A stretch of 63,087 nt of DNA, counting the filler, from Globobulimina sp. (Eukaryota): NCBI GenBank assembly GCA_003354225.1. It is 26 parts of 26 records of this genome, joined end to end, with 100 filler letters (N's around TTAATTAATTAA, not from the genome) between each part and the next. Parts side by side here need not be neighbours in the genome. Positions count along the whole stretch, not along the records: positions 9,729 to 12,060 come from PIVH01007334.1; positions 12,161 to 14,492 come from PIVH01007335.1; positions 14,593 to 16,923 come from PIVH01007336.1; positions 17,024 to 19,354 come from PIVH01007337.1; positions 19,455 to 21,785 come from PIVH01007338.1; positions 21,886 to 24,216 come from PIVH01007339.1; 20 more parts are not named here. One strand, 5' to 3'. Of the stretch, positions 10,345 through 22,744 are shown piece after piece. Every line of letters begins with the position of its first letter. Within the stretch, counting starts at the first letter, position 1. The notes under the pieces were generated by a model. The model saw only the letters and a program-made list of their open reading frames with translations, was not told the DNA's origin and made no database searches. A program made the translations under genes and the position numbers.

Positions 10345-12060
10345 TCATAAATCATTTGAGACTATAAATTGTGGCGCAAGTCTTTGCAAAAAAGAAGTTG
10401 CAATGGAATTTGTAGAATTGCTATAAATATGCTTGAATATGCTGTTACGGTATTCTTGCATCTCGAGAATATACTTTTGATGGTCCCTTGCATGTTTCTG
10501 CTTCAATTCCTTCCAATAACGGGGCAAACCTTTTACTTTCTGGCTCAACGGACGTAACAACGGAGACAAGTCGGTGACATTAATATTTCTGAAGTAATCT
10601 TCAAAGAATATGGAAGCCAATGTGTACATCTCTGCTCTATGAAGATCCATCTCGACGGAATAGCAGGAACCATAATATTCTGAATAGCCACATAAATTAT
10701 TCATGTTGGCGTTGGACAGACTGACTTCCAAAGTTGCGTCAAACATAACAGCACAGCCAAAATCTACAAAATAGATTCTCTTCCTATCTTCACTCAGAAT
10801 GATATTATTTGCTGTGATGTCATTATGGATGACACCATAATCGTTATGAATGCTTTCCAAACCATTTGCTAATATATCCCAGTATAAATTGAATAGTCTG
10901 GTTGCCTCAGCAGCGGATAACAAAAATAATTCATTCTCCACAAACTTATTAAAAGTAATATCACCGACATACTGCAAATATAGACGCGGACATTGGTACA
11001 TCTCATAATTGGGAGAGTCTGTATTGTTAAATATAATAACATGTGCAATGGGCACTGCTTTGCTTCGTTTCATCTCAAATCTTAGCAATATTTCCTTTTC
11101 ATGTTCGCATTCTTGCACAGCATTGGTTGTATAAAACGTCTTAACCGCACATAAATAATCAGACACAGAATGGTTCGCTGTTTGTGCTGCCTTCTTTTGA
11201 GTGTACGGCAGCGCTTTCATCTCAATCCATGCATGCTTTCCAGAATGGAATCTTCTCAGTATATATGGTTGCAATTTGCTCATAAAGTCATAGAGTGCCG
11301 GCTCTGTCATCTTATCTTCTTTGACCGCACCGTATAACTCATAAAATAGCTGGTTTCTGTGAGTAGAGACAGCTTCGGGAAGAAACACCAAATAAGTCAT
11401 CAGATTCCGTTTTTGAAGCCGCATTAAATATTCTCGACCAAATGTCAGTTTAAATAAGTTTCTGTACACATTGATATCCGCTAAGTAATCAATCCACGAT
11501 TCTTCCTCAAACTGCACAAAAATTAGATACTCAAAAAACATGGCAGCTAAAGAATATTCGTCCTCATAAATGCCAAATTGAGTGCGTATTTTGGATAAAC
11601 TGGGAGTTGTGGCCACAAATGGATCGTTCAGCATTAATATGAAATTTCTCGACCAACAGGAACCATAAAATGATGGCCCAGAAGTAAAATTTGCTTGTGA
11701 TACTTTCTCAGAATATGCTGAACCAAAATCAATAACACTTATTGTCTCAGTGACGGCATCAAACACCAAATTGTCCGGTTTTATATCATTGTGAATGACG
11801 GGAATGCTATGTAATCTGTGTAGTGTTTCCAGTGATTGCTTCCATAAGAAATCATAGGCGGCAACAGGCACTTTCACTGCATTGAACATTTTAGGAAATT
11901 GGAGGAAAAACTGTTTAAAGGTGTACCCTCCGACATTAGTAATGGTTAAAGTGTTGGTGGAGTCGTTGTGATGTATCAACTGACTTATTTGTAGATTTCT
12001 ATCTGACAATAAAAACAACATTTCTTTCTCATGAAAATAATGGTTTCTTAATTTAAATTG
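10345..12060 (-). CDS. Divergent protein with two tandem protein-kinase-like domains, 5'-truncated
   Basis: IHNDIKPDNL...IDFGS and AVK...IHNDITANNI...VDFG. Confidence 0.8.
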   Translation of the reverse strand, partial: QFKLRNHYFHEKEMLFLLSDRNLQISQLIHHNDSTNTLTITNVGGYTFKQFFLQFPKMFNAVKVPVAAYDFLWKQSLETLHRLHSIPVIHNDIKPDNLVFDAVTETISVIDFGSAYSEKVSQANFTSGPSFYGSCWSRNFILMLNDPFVATTPSLSKIRTQFGIYEDEYSLAAMFFEYLIFVQFEEESWIDYLADINVYRNLFKLTFGREYLMRLQKRNLMTYLVFLPEAVSTHRNQLFYELYGAVKEDKMTEPALYDFMSKLQPYILRRFHSGKHAWIEMKALPYTQKKAAQTANHSVSDYLCAVKTFYTTNAVQECEHEKEILLRFEMKRSKAVPIAHVIIFNNTDSPNYEMYQCPRLYLQYVGDITFNKFVENELFLLSAAEATRLFNLYWDILANGLESIHNDYGVIHNDITANNIILSEDRKRIYFVDFGCAVMFDATLEVSLSNANMNNLCGYSEYYGSCYSVEMDLHRAEMYTLASIFFEDYFRNINVTDLSPLLRPLSQKVKGLPRYWKELKQKHARDHQKYILEMQEYRNSIFKHIYSNSTNSIATSFLQRLAPQFIVSNDL

Positions 12061-12160
12061 NNNNNNNNNNNNNNNNNNNNNNNNNNNNNNNNNNNNNNNN
12101 NNNNTTAATTAATTAANNNNNNNNNNNNNNNNNNNNNNNNNNNNNNNNNNNNNNNNNNNN

Positions 12161-12534
12161 AATTTGAGTTGGCAAATGTTGAAAATTATATGGGTGAATA
12201 TAGTGTTTTATATGTAAATAATCGAAATTACAGTTATCATTTTAATAAATATTTAAGATTACAAAATATCGCACAAAATCAATCAGAGTCATCCAGCAAT
12301 CGATATAATCGAACATTAGAAATGATACAGAATGATTTTAATGGCACACTAACAAATAAAAATGAGATAATACAAATATTGGGTGATCAAAATAATACAC
12401 AATGGCCAATATATAGAACTGGATATATGTCAACATTAACAACGAGTTTATATGATTTACAAAATGGCAAAGCATATTTTTATGAGAAATGTGATCCAAA
12501 AAATTGCACTCCATCCCTTGCTATTGATTTGTAA
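12161..12534 (+). CDS. Peptidase C45 / acyltransferase (Ntn-hydrolase) C-terminal fragment
   Basis: YHFNKY...SSNRYNR...ILGD...WPIYR...TLTTSLYDL resembles the C45/tan-like C-terminus. Confidence 0.6.
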
Positions 12535-12688
12535 TATATTTCTATTCTTTTATTCAACTAAAAACAAACGCAGTAACCTCGGAGATGTTTGATGAACAAC
12601 AACAGTTTGCATTGGTTTGCTTAGTCAGTTGAATTGTAGTTTGAACAATGAATAATTTCGGTGTTTTGTGAGGCACTCTCATCATCAC

Positions 12689-13619
12689 TCAGTTCACTCT
12701 CATTTTTTCCTTCTCTTTCATCTCTGTTATTTTATGCTTTTCTTTATCATTCTCATTGTCGTCAATTAATTTTATGTTATCACCAATAACGTGTTCGAAT
12801 TCACTTTTTGATATGATATGGTATTCATGGATTTGTTTGGAGTCCACTAAAGTTTGACTCTTTGACCCTGTCAAGATATTTTTAATATTATCATTATCAT
12901 TTTCTTCCTCTTCTTTTTGATCATTACCATAACACTCATTTTCTCCATGTTTTCTTCGATCGAATGTTGACATATTTTCTATCGTTTTTATAAATTTTTG
13001 TGTTGATTGTTCATCGGAAATATGATCAAACATAGAATCACCATTTTTATCATTTCCATTTCAATATCGTCATATTTATGTTCCATAAGCATTTCTTTTT
13101 TTATTTTATTTGCATCGCTGTCATGGTCACTTGTATCGATATCATCTTTAATTGACTGATATTTATATTATTATCATCTATCTCAGTCTCCTTCTTATTT
13201 TTATTTTCATTTCGTGTCATTTTCTCAGAATGACAACCACATTCAACAGCTATTCCATTCAACAATGCATAAACCATAAACATATAACAAATAACTAATT
13301 TAATATGTAATATCCACTCAAAATATGCCCATTTGTTCCATTGTTTGTCATTATTTAAATGAATAAAAATAAATAAAATCACAATCGATTGCATTGAATC
13401 TGACAATGATACACTGAGTAAATCAATCAAAACAAAATATTTTAAAAACAATGATATTTTGTTATTTTTATGTTTAATTATTTTATATTTTGAAGTTTTA
13501 TCCCTTTGTTTTCTCCACAATAATATGTAGGGATAAAATTTATTTAACATTCTAAATTTTAATATGTAAAATAAAACACCAAATATCGTTGCTGCGATAC
13601 TGAGATAGAAACAATTCAT
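12689..13619 (-). CDS. Multi-TM protein with acidic tail; two apparent 1-nt deletions in A-runs (~13148, ~13060)
   Basis: Hydrophobic helices in 13101-13619. Reading is restored (IDTSDHDSDANK, ENGNDKNGDSMFDH) by adding one A at each site. Confidence 0.45.
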
Positions 13620-13888
13620 ATTTACCTTGCTTTCATTCAGTGCATTTATTTCAATATTACTGCATGAATCGTAGGAATTTAAAAATATATTTAAATTGTA
13701 AGCATTTATTGCATTGTGTACCGTACACTGAATGAGACAACTGGATGATAAACACTCTATACTGTAATCTGATGGATTCGTTGTTATATTTCATGTGAAG
13801 CGTTTTTCAGGTTAGGATTGATTGTTGATGAAAATACAAAAAGTATCTGTGTCAACAACGGTAACAGTGACATTCAGTTAATTTGAAT

Positions 13889-14492
13889 ATGGCTCTTAAT
13901 TTATATGATAATTTCCCGGCTACGATATCAGACAACAGTACAAATGCAACTAATGATAATACAAACACTCAGCAACGATTTAAATATTTGGTTGTATTGG
14001 ATTTTGAAGCAACATGTGCTAAGAATAGGAAAATAAATCCGCAAGAAATTATTGAATGGCCAGCTATTATCATCGAAACCAAAACAAACAAAATATTATC
14101 AAATAAAAATAAAATATTTCATTATTATATTAAACCAAAATATAACCCAAAATTAACACCATTCTGTACTCAGTTAACCGGAATTACTCAAGACATAATG
14201 GACAACATTGCTTATAAAAATACAGTCGAATCAGTGACACACCAATGGAATAAATGGTGCTTTGATAATAATTTGTTGCCGACATCAAAAGACAAACCAA
14301 ATGCATGTATTGTGACTTGCGGCGATTGGGATTTGAAAACGTGTTGGAAACAACAAAAGGAAATATCAAATTGTACTGTTGCTGCTTTATTTCATTCATG
14401 GATAAATATTAAAATTATATTTAAACGTAATGCACACAATCATTATCACTCGAATTTATCAATGATGTCAATGTTGAAGTATTTAAATATAA
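13889..14492 (+). CDS. ERI1/ERI3-like DEDDh 3'-5' exoribonuclease, 3'-truncated
   Basis: YLVVLDFEATC, QEIIEWP, LTPFCTQLTGITQ, VTCGDWDLK, WINIK. Confidence 0.9.
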
Positions 14493-14592
14493 NNNNNNNN
14501 NNNNNNNNNNNNNNNNNNNNNNNNNNNNNNNNNNNNTTAATTAATTAANNNNNNNNNNNNNNNNNNNNNNNNNNNNNNNNNNNNNNNNNNNN

Positions 14593-15662
14593 AATAGTAA
14601 TAACAATAACAGCGGTCCTTCTTCCCGCAGAAATGCTGAACCATCACGACCACCGCTACCAAACAATCACAATAATAACAACAACAACGCCTCATTTGCT
14701 GCCAATAACAACCCTCATAATCACAATTCAGTTCCACACAACCAAGAATTCGTTGAAATTAATCCAAATGCATTCAATAACAATAACCGACCAAATACAG
14801 CGCACAGTATGCTACATAACATGCTCTCTCTTCAATTCTGGTACGTTTCTCATCATATCCACACACATCATTTCCTCATCATAGTTGTACTTATTTCAGG
14901 ACAATATTATTGGAGACAGTATTTGGCCAATTATTTGCTTCCATTCATGCCTTATTATCACCCATATTACCAACAGTTTTGCTGAATTTTAATCTTCGAT
15001 TTAGGTCTAAAGTGTGGTGGTTATTGTTGACTTTAATTGTTTTGTTAACTGCGCGCTATCTGGTCATTGGACATCCCTTTGGCGCACAAACAGTGGACAC
15101 TGGTTTTCATGATCATTCGCATGCATATAACAAAGGAGCACAGCAAGGCGACAATGGCCATAGTTATGCCAATCCGGACGAGAAAGTTAAATATAAATCA
15201 AATGCGGAACGGGAATTTGAAAGAAAATATAATAAACATTCAAATGTAAAGTATAACCGAAATAATAATCAAAAACGAAATAGAAATGAAAATAGGAAGT
15301 TTGATGACCGGCGTTATGAGGATAGATATCGGGATGGTGGTTATGGTGCACATTATTCTGGACCGAGAGGGGGCAGACATGGACAGCCAGGCAATGGGTA
15401 TTCGAGTTATTATTCATATGGTTATAGCAGTGGTGGTTTATTTAGTGGGTATAATATAATTATGATGTTGGTGTTTGGCAGTGTGATTATGGGAATGTTT
15501 CGGAGGAATAGGAATGGAGGAAATGGTAATAATAATAATGGAGTGAATTGGAATATGTTGGCATTTTTGCCGATGTTGTTTGGTGGATTTCCAATGGGTG
15601 GATTTTTTGGTAGGTTTGGTAGACGAAGAGGAATGTTTGGGCGGAGGCGGAGATACTTTTAA
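14593..15662 (+). CDS. Uncharacterised membrane protein with N-rich and G/R-rich regions, 5'-truncated
   Basis: Open Asn-rich exon, intron ~14841-14899, TM segments, GGFFGRFGRRRG tail. Confidence 0.55.
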
Positions 15663-16074
15663 TAATGTAGTAACGGAGGAATATTGTTTGTTTTATGGTT
15701 TTTTTTAACGTATATATGCATCCTTGCACTTAAGCTTCTAGTACACTTTTGGAAAAGGATGAATCGGTACTCCGTGAAAACTCCGATGTCCTTAACATTT
15801 TAAAGTATCAAATTGTGAAATCTGCATTTTACACACAAGCTGTATTTATATGAATGATTATGAACAAACAAATGTGGTTATAGTGCACTGCACAACTGTT
15901 TAAAATGGTAATTATCGAATCAATATTTGCAATTTTAGCATGCAAATCAGCAATGTATGGGATGGGAGGAATAGGTACAATATCTACATTAGCTGTTAGT
16001 GTCAACACTTATCATAAAAATATTGTTAAGCATATATTTTTCTTTTTTGATATATACTAATATTAAATATTTAG

Positions 16075-16302
16075 AACAATCCTATTGACAATTGGCCACC
16101 TAAACAACTCGCACTTTGGATCAAGAAAATTGGCAAAACTGTAAACAAACAAAAACGTTTTCGGAAATATGCAAATAAAATGTATACACGCCACGTCACA
16201 GGATCTGATTTATTGGTGATGGATATTGAAGATTTAATTCAATTTGGTGCTGCAATAAAAGATGCGAAAATAATTCTAAAGTGTGCAAGAGGTTATGCTT
16301 AA
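16075..16302 (+). CDS. Terminal exon encoding a SAM domain
   Basis: After an AG acceptor: NPIDNWPPKQLALWIKKIG...VTGSDLLVMDIEDLIQFG...TAA. Confidence 0.65.
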   Translation, partial: NNPIDNWPPKQLALWIKKIGKTVNKQKRFRKYANKMYTRHVTGSDLLVMDIEDLIQFGAAIKDAKIILKCARGYA

Positions 16303-16608
16303 ATTATTGCAGCTGTAATGATATTACATTTCATAATTAAAAAATGTACAGACAAATTTTGTTAATTTTTAAATTAAAATTTTTAACTATATTTTTTACC
16401 TCCACTCATCAGTACCTCAGACAATGATTCATTTATCTATCTCATCGACAGAGTCCCAGTAATCTACAACATAAAGTTACCTAATTTGCCCAAATTATAT
16501 AATACAAAATTCCATACACATTCATAATCATAATCGATATAAATACCCATTCAACTATTAAAATAGCAATATTAACGGGCTCAACCCCCACAATCCCGCC
16601 GTCTATAA

Positions 16609-16923
16609 ATGTCGACATCGATGATAATGCGTCCTTTATCCCCACATACACCGCGTACACCGCCCACCACTCCGCGCCTCAACATCCCATCCACACTCAG
16701 CTTGACGCCGCAAATAATCAAAAGGTCTCAGTCTTTCCACAGACTGTACACCAACTCCTGCTCTCAGAGCCAATCCTCACTGCTCTCCCCATCATCGACC
16801 GACAATGCCGCCTCAGTCTCCTTCATTTTAGACTCAAACTCTCCCTTAAATCTCAATTACAACCCCGACCAAATCAAGCGATTCAATTCATGCACAGAAG
16901 AGGCGAAAATCTGTGAATTGCTC
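16609..16923 (+). CDS. Ser/Pro-rich N-terminal fragment, function unknown
   Basis: ATG-initiated ORF running into the gap. Confidence 0.4.
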
Positions 16924-17023
16924 NNNNNNNNNNNNNNNNNNNNNNNNNNNNNNNNNNNNNNNNNNNNTTAATTAATTAANNNNNNNNNNNNNNNNNNNNN
17001 NNNNNNNNNNNNNNNNNNNNNNN

Positions 17024-17266
17024 AACAACCACAAAGTTATTACTTTTGATATCACTCCTTTCAATAACATATCCACATCGTTTTGAAGATGGGTTTGTAA
17101 ATACATTTGCCCAATAATCACGGTTACGCCATGTTGGTTGCTCAGGCCACTCTTTTCTCATAATTGAATTCACTTTGTCTGCATCTGCTTTATAACAAGG
17201 TCTTATATTGATCCCACTGTTCAAGTTGCATTTCACTGGGATTTCCTGCCATTTTTGCAAAAACAT
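17024..17266 (-). CDS. Possible GNAT acetyltransferase N-terminal fragment
   Basis: INIRPC..DADKVNSIM...W...GYVIE pattern resembles GNAT beta1-alpha1-beta2. Confidence 0.35.
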
Positions 17267-17452
17267 TTTCTACTTCTTGCAAAAACATCTTCTACTCGAT
17301 GCGAAATATTATGCATATAATATTACATACTAAGTCCATTTTGGAAATCAAACATTTTAATACGAAACCAGCAACAACAAAAATGCAGAAAAAAACACAC
17401 AAAAAAAATGAAATACAACACAAAAATAAAAAAAATAATCACATAAACATCA

Positions 17453-18958
17453 TCAATTCAAATAAGAGTCATTTTCTTCATTATTTTCTATCGCAAATAC
17501 TTTATTTAAAACAATCGTAGCAACATCCATAGCATTTTTCGGTTTTTGCTTAAAAATTTGATTCAAATCTTGCGATTTGATGATATATTCAAATATATTT
17601 GCAACTCTCTGCTGGGCCAAAGTTGGGATCTTATCATCATTCGTTCTATCAATCGCCTGAATGATATGCTTATCAATCGACAATTTGCGCGCAATGATAA
17701 TAACAATATCATTGATTTTATTCAATTCAATATTTATATCCTTCTCGTTTTCTTGCGTAAAATACAATGTTTTTATCTCATACAAAAGTGCATTTTGGCT
17801 GATTTGGATAAACTTCATACAATGAATAATCTTCTCAATCACGCCCATACTCTGATAATTGATCGGCAACAAAATGTTCTTTATGCCATACAACTCCATG
17901 CAAAGCTGTTTGATTTTGGGATCGCGTTCGTACGAATACGCATTGGTCGTCTTCTCGTCCTCATCCATTAAATGAATCAAATTGTCATAACACACATTTA
18001 TATCACAAATAGTTTGGTTGAACGCCGATATAAAAACACTAAAAAACGACTTCAATTTATTGTGAGACATAACATATTGAATGTCGATGATTTCCCGCAA
18101 ATTATGCTGATACTTATTCAACGGGAATATCGCGATTTGGTTGCTCAGCGTCGACAATTGCCGCTGTATTTTGGTGGTAAAATGCCTCCGTTCCCGCTCG
18201 ATCTCAGTGGCCGACGCCACGCTCAATCGCCGGTTGCCTAACTCCAAACTCTCGGCAATCTCCACTTGTTTATGCAAATCGTAGATCTTCTTGAAAGTCA
18301 TCGTGCGCACTTTGCTCATATCGTGCCGGATGGACAACAAATGCGACTCCAACTCATCGATGGCAAAGTCGAAATCGCGCACGATATTGTTCTGATTCTC
18401 GCCCACAAACTGCAACTTCGTCAGAAAGCCGTTCAGATTGCGGATAAACTCCGTATTCGAGCCATCGCCGTCCTCCTCCTCCATCTCCGCCGCCACCGCG
18501 ATGGTGTTATGTAGCTTCGCCATGGCCCAGTTCGAGTGCGACTTCTCCGCCACGCGGATCTTAATCGCCTTCTCCCTCCGCGTCCGCTGCTCCTTCAGGT
18601 CCTTCAACACATCGCACTCGGTCTTACGCAATTGCCCCAACTGTTTGTCGTAGATGTTCTGCAAATCGATCATGGCCCTCTCCACCGAGTGCAGTATGCG
18701 CAACTTCTCGTGGATGCTGTTCTGAGTTTGCGAGATGGTCAACAGCTTGTTTTGAATGCCATGGAACTTCTCTCGAATCATTTCCTCCTCCTTTTCGAAC
18801 TGCAACACGTCCGGCTCGTCGTCGAGGAAATATTTGTCCAACGCGTCGCGCAATTGCTTCATTTCCAAGTTCATCTTTTCCATCTCGTCCAACACGGCGG
18901 CTTCCTGTTTCTGAGTGTCGAGACACGATTTGCTGTCAGATATTGGCCGCCTGTGCAA
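17453..18958 (-). CDS. Long coiled-coil protein, start uncertain
   Basis: 501-aa ORF rich in E/K/L/Q heptads. Confidence 0.7.
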   Translation of the reverse strand: MHRRPISDSKSCLDTQKQEAAVLDEMEKMNLEMKQLRDALDKYFLDDEPDVLQFEKEEEMIREKFHGIQNKLLTISQTQNSIHEKLRILHSVERAMIDLQNIYDKQLGQLRKTECDVLKDLKEQRTRREKAIKIRVAEKSHSNWAMAKLHNTIAVAAEMEEEDGDGSNTEFIRNLNGFLTKLQFVGENQNNIVRDFDFAIDELESHLLSIRHDMSKVRTMTFKKIYDLHKQVEIAESLELGNRRLSVASATEIERERRHFTTKIQRQLSTLSNQIAIFPLNKYQHNLREIIDIQYVMSHNKLKSFFSVFISAFNQTICDINVCYDNLIHLMDEDEKTTNAYSYERDPKIKQLCMELYGIKNILLPINYQSMGVIEKIIHCMKFIQISQNALLYEIKTLYFTQENEKDINIELNKINDIVIIIARKLSIDKHIIQAIDRTNDDKIPTLAQQRVANIFEYIIKSQDLNQIFKQKPKNAMDVATIVLNKVFAIENNEENDSYLN

Positions 18959-19454
18959 GGATACATTGCTATATTTATCTAATTATATTACTTAACGATG
19001 GAGTTATTGGCGAATTGCATAGTTTGTGATTTGCGGATTAAAACTTTGATCGATTTGGATAGAAATAAATGAGCATAATTTGAGACATGAATGCAATTTG
19101 TTTAAATCGCAGTTTTGTGACGATGCCGGACACATTTTTGCCTTAATTCGTATTGCTGCAATGAGATTGATATTGATATGCATCGATATGGTAATTAATT
19201 CTGATATACATTCTCAATTTGCAACCAATTAATTCAATTCGGACGACAATGTCTCATGTGTAGAAAATATAAAATATAAAATAAATACCATTTAATAACT
19301 CAACGAGCAAATTAAATTCATAAAAAAACAAACCGTACTTTAATTTAATTTGGANNNNNNNNNNNNNNNNNNNNNNNNNNNNNNNNNNNNNNNNNNNNTT
19401 AATTAATTAANNNNNNNNNNNNNNNNNNNNNNNNNNNNNNNNNNNNNNNNNNNN

Positions 19455-20220
19455 ATCAAACTGCAAATGTTCCACATCCCTGCTATTCTTTGCTTTGCTT
19501 TTCCATTCCGTCGCATATTGAACTTGTACACGTTTAGGTTGTGAGGGAATGCCAAGACAAGGTTTGAGGCCATTGATTGCAGAGAATTCCATCTCTAAAC
19601 TGTTCTGTTTGTCCGATATCAAAGGCAATGCACATATTTATATATCGGTTATATCCTTGCACTGAATGCTATGAATAGAACCTAACTGGAAATGATATTT
19701 TTAAGTAAGAATCTGGGAACACCATTTCTGGCAAAGTTTTGAACCCCAAGATTTGTGCTATTTTATTAATTTGAGTCGAATCTGCCATTGCATTTTTAAG
19801 CGATGCAAAGGCGCAGTTTTGATGGGTGAAAACAGAGGGAAATCCATAGATTTTTTCAATTGGGATTGGCGATATTGGCTGGATGGGAGACATTGGATGG
19901 ATGGTGACTGATGACAGCACTTTGGGCGGTTTGTAGGGGGAGAGTTTGCGTCTCGCGGTTGTGAGTTCGGCAATTTCTTGATGCAGATGGAATACTTTGT
20001 TTTTTAATATTAAATTGTTGTGGGTTAACTGCGTTTGGCGGTTTCCAAGATCTTCGATATGATCACGGATGTTTGATAGGCATTGTTTAATTACAATACG
20101 CCAATCGTGTTTGTTTGCGTCTTTTAGAGCATTTAGTTCATGTTCTAAACTTTCGACGAGTTGTAATTGATGTATTAGTTTAGTATTTAATTCAGAAAAA
20201 GGAACTGAATTAGACGACAT
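19455..20220 (-). CDS. TIP41: TIP41/TIPRL-like protein with N-terminal coiled coil, 3'-truncated; intron 19605-19686
   Basis: TLPEMVFPDSYLKI...LEMEFSAINGL...VQVQYATEWK...FD matches the TIP41 N-terminal motifs. Confidence 0.8.
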
Positions 20221-20323
20221 TATGTAAATAGCATCAAATTAATGTGCAAGGATAATGTTTTAATATTAGGGAACATAAAATTGTCATTGTGTATTTTAAT
20301 TATTTACATATAGTATTAAAGTA

Positions 20324-21491
20324 TTATTTACATATAGTAGGTCTATTAATACCATATTTGAATTCTTTTTGTTGATTCCAAGACTCTGATTCTTGATTAG
20401 CAGTTTTATTCCACTGTTCCTCTGATGGATGCTCATTCTTATGACAAAAGACAAACAAACTAACCAATATCCAGATAACTAACAATAATAACTGCAAAAT
20501 TATACCAATTGCGACATCATCTAAGAAGAAATCGACAATCAAAATTAAAATCATTAGCCCTAAAATGCAATAAGCAACAACAAAATACAAATCCATGATT
20601 GATAATTCAGACTTGTTTGGCAAATCTTGAGTTACAGAAAACTGCAACGCAGTGATAGTCAATAAAAATGCGGAAACATACGTCAACCGCACATCAATTG
20701 AAATATCCTCTTCATACATAACCACACTGCCAAACGTACAGAGTATGATAATAAATAAGGGCATTAAATTGGAGCACATATAAAAGTTTGATTTTCTAGT
20801 CACTCTTAATTTTACTACACAAAACTCAGAGTGTGTTAAATCTAACCATGGCGTCTTTAAGTTATACTCAGTCACAGATTCGCCAAATTTAACTCGGAAC
20901 TGTTGTTCCCGCATTCGTTTCACCGCAAAGCCATCGTCCAAGGTCTCATCCATTTAAAAATTGTTTGTCAAATGGGAATGAGCGAAATTCAAAGTCTTCG
21001 TGAAATATGCCCTTAAAATGTAAATATTGAATAAATAATTGGTCCTGAGGTCGATATAAAATGCGCGAGATTTCTTTTCTAGCATTTACTGATTCGATGT
21101 GTGAGCTATTTCGAAATATATAGGATAGCGAGCCAAACAAAGGGATTTTGTTTTTAATTAATTTCTTTTCGTCAGAGTTGATTTTAATAAAATAGCCGGG
21201 ATATCTATTTTGAGGATTACTGTTTGTGACAGCTCCGCTTTTAAGACTTAATTTTGCTTTCAATGTCTCGATACTTTCTGCATTTCTTTCATTAATATCT
21301 TGATATTTAATACTGTCTTTCCATAATATCTGGAAATACATTTGAATATTAAATGTTTGAGTTTTGGTGTCAATTTCAATAATTTCACATTCGCCACAAA
21401 AATAACCTTCCGCAGAAAATATTTTCGCATTTTCTGCCAGCTCTATATGGTCAACGATAGCAACGTGTTCTTCATGTTTTTCCTCTGCCAT
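20324..21491 (-). CDS. Pentameric ligand-gated ion channel (Cys-less Cys-loop family), frameshifted at ~20950
   Basis: EIDTKTQTF, FEFRSFPFDKQ, RKSNFY, four TM helices with LLTITALQF and LPNKSELSIMD. Confidence 0.8.
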
Positions 21492-21544
21492 TCTTAATTT
21501 ACTGTGCAGTTACTTGGCAGGAAAAATCTTTTGTATCTTAAAAT

Positions 21545-21785
21545 ATGAATACCGGTGATTCTAAAGTAGAAGATACAAAAGATAATACAACAGAGGATGG
21601 GCGCAGATTAGTTTATGTTCATGCATTTTTGAGACATGGTGATCGGACTCCGATCAAATTAGTGAATAAAGATAACATTGAAGCCAAATTATGGATTCCT
21701 ACTTTATCACATTATTCACATTTAGATACAGATAAAAATTCAATGCAATTTACCACGAAAAATAAAAATATCAAAATTGAAGATG
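21545..21785 (+). CDS. Histidine acid phosphatase (clade 2) N-terminus
   Basis: LVYVHAFLRHGDRTP catalytic motif. Confidence 0.85.
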
Positions 21786-21953
21786 NNNNNNNNNNNNNNN
21801 NNNNNNNNNNNNNNNNNNNNNNNNNNNNNTTAATTAATTAANNNNNNNNNNNNNNNNNNNNNNNNNNNNNNNNNNNNNNNNNNNNATATTTATGATGTTT
21901 TTTTAAGTGTTGTTTTGTGTCAATGTGGCAGTTCTGGGGAAAAAAGAGCAATT

Positions 21954-22526
21954 TTACAAATATTTACCATCATTCTGTGGTTGTTTTGGTTCAATGTTTG
22001 GATCAAGTTCAACTTCTCTCCGATCTGCTCTTATATTTGCATCAACGCCATATGTTTTTAATGTTTTTTCAATTTTCATACTTAAAATATACGGAGCAGC
22101 ATGTTCTATTGCCATTTCCTTTGCTTTCTCTAGCCACGATTGACTGACGTGCGCAATTATTATCTCAAACTCTGTATCATTCAATATACTCATTTGATGT
22201 TTCACGTCCTCTTTATTCAATGCCTCTGTTAATTTCTTAGCAATGTCTTTTGTAATTTTAGAATCAGTGGATATCATAAAACAACATGAACATAAACATC
22301 TTTTTTTACAGCAACAGTTCCGACATGTCCATAAACCGCAACATGCATATTTCCAACAACAAAATTTAAATCCACTCCATTTCTCTGTTGTCCTTCGGTC
22401 TAAAATATCGTAATGGTTTTTAATTGAAATCGTAAATACAAGTCTCTTTTGATTGAAATCCTTGATTTCATCTTCGATCATTTTTGCTGCCCCTTTCACA
22501 GCTGTGTTATTTCTTAATTCACTCAA
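21954..22526 (-). CDS. Uncharacterised protein with Cys-rich stretch (last exon)
   Basis: 190-aa ORF containing CCWKYACCGLWTCRNCCC. Confidence 0.5.
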   Translation of the reverse strand: MSELRNNTAVKGAAKMIEDEIKDFNQKRLVFTISIKNHYDILDRRTTEKWSGFKFCCWKYACCGLWTCRNCCCKKRCLCSCCFMISTDSKITKDIAKKLTEALNKEDVKHQMSILNDTEFEIIIAHVSQSWLEKAKEMAIEHAAPYILSMKIEKTLKTYGVDANIRADRREVELDPNIEPKQPQNDGKYL

Positions 22527-22744
22527 TACTTTCTAGCATGTATCGCAAATGAATACCTTGTACTTTCCAACCACCCATCAAACCCAGTATTGGATTTGCT
22601 ACATTACCAATCAAACTAACCTGTTCAGCCGTTTCTTGTTTTTTGTCTGCCATAATTTCTTACTAGAAAAGTTTTCGGTCTGTTTTTTTAATAACACCAC
22701 AAAGTCACAAACCATACCCTCAATCTGTAAATACCTTCCAAACT

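Noticed and set aside
4865-12060. GH54, PolB, hairpin element and kinase as one viral or mobile island
   Set aside because: They are on three different contigs, so the adjacency is artificial.
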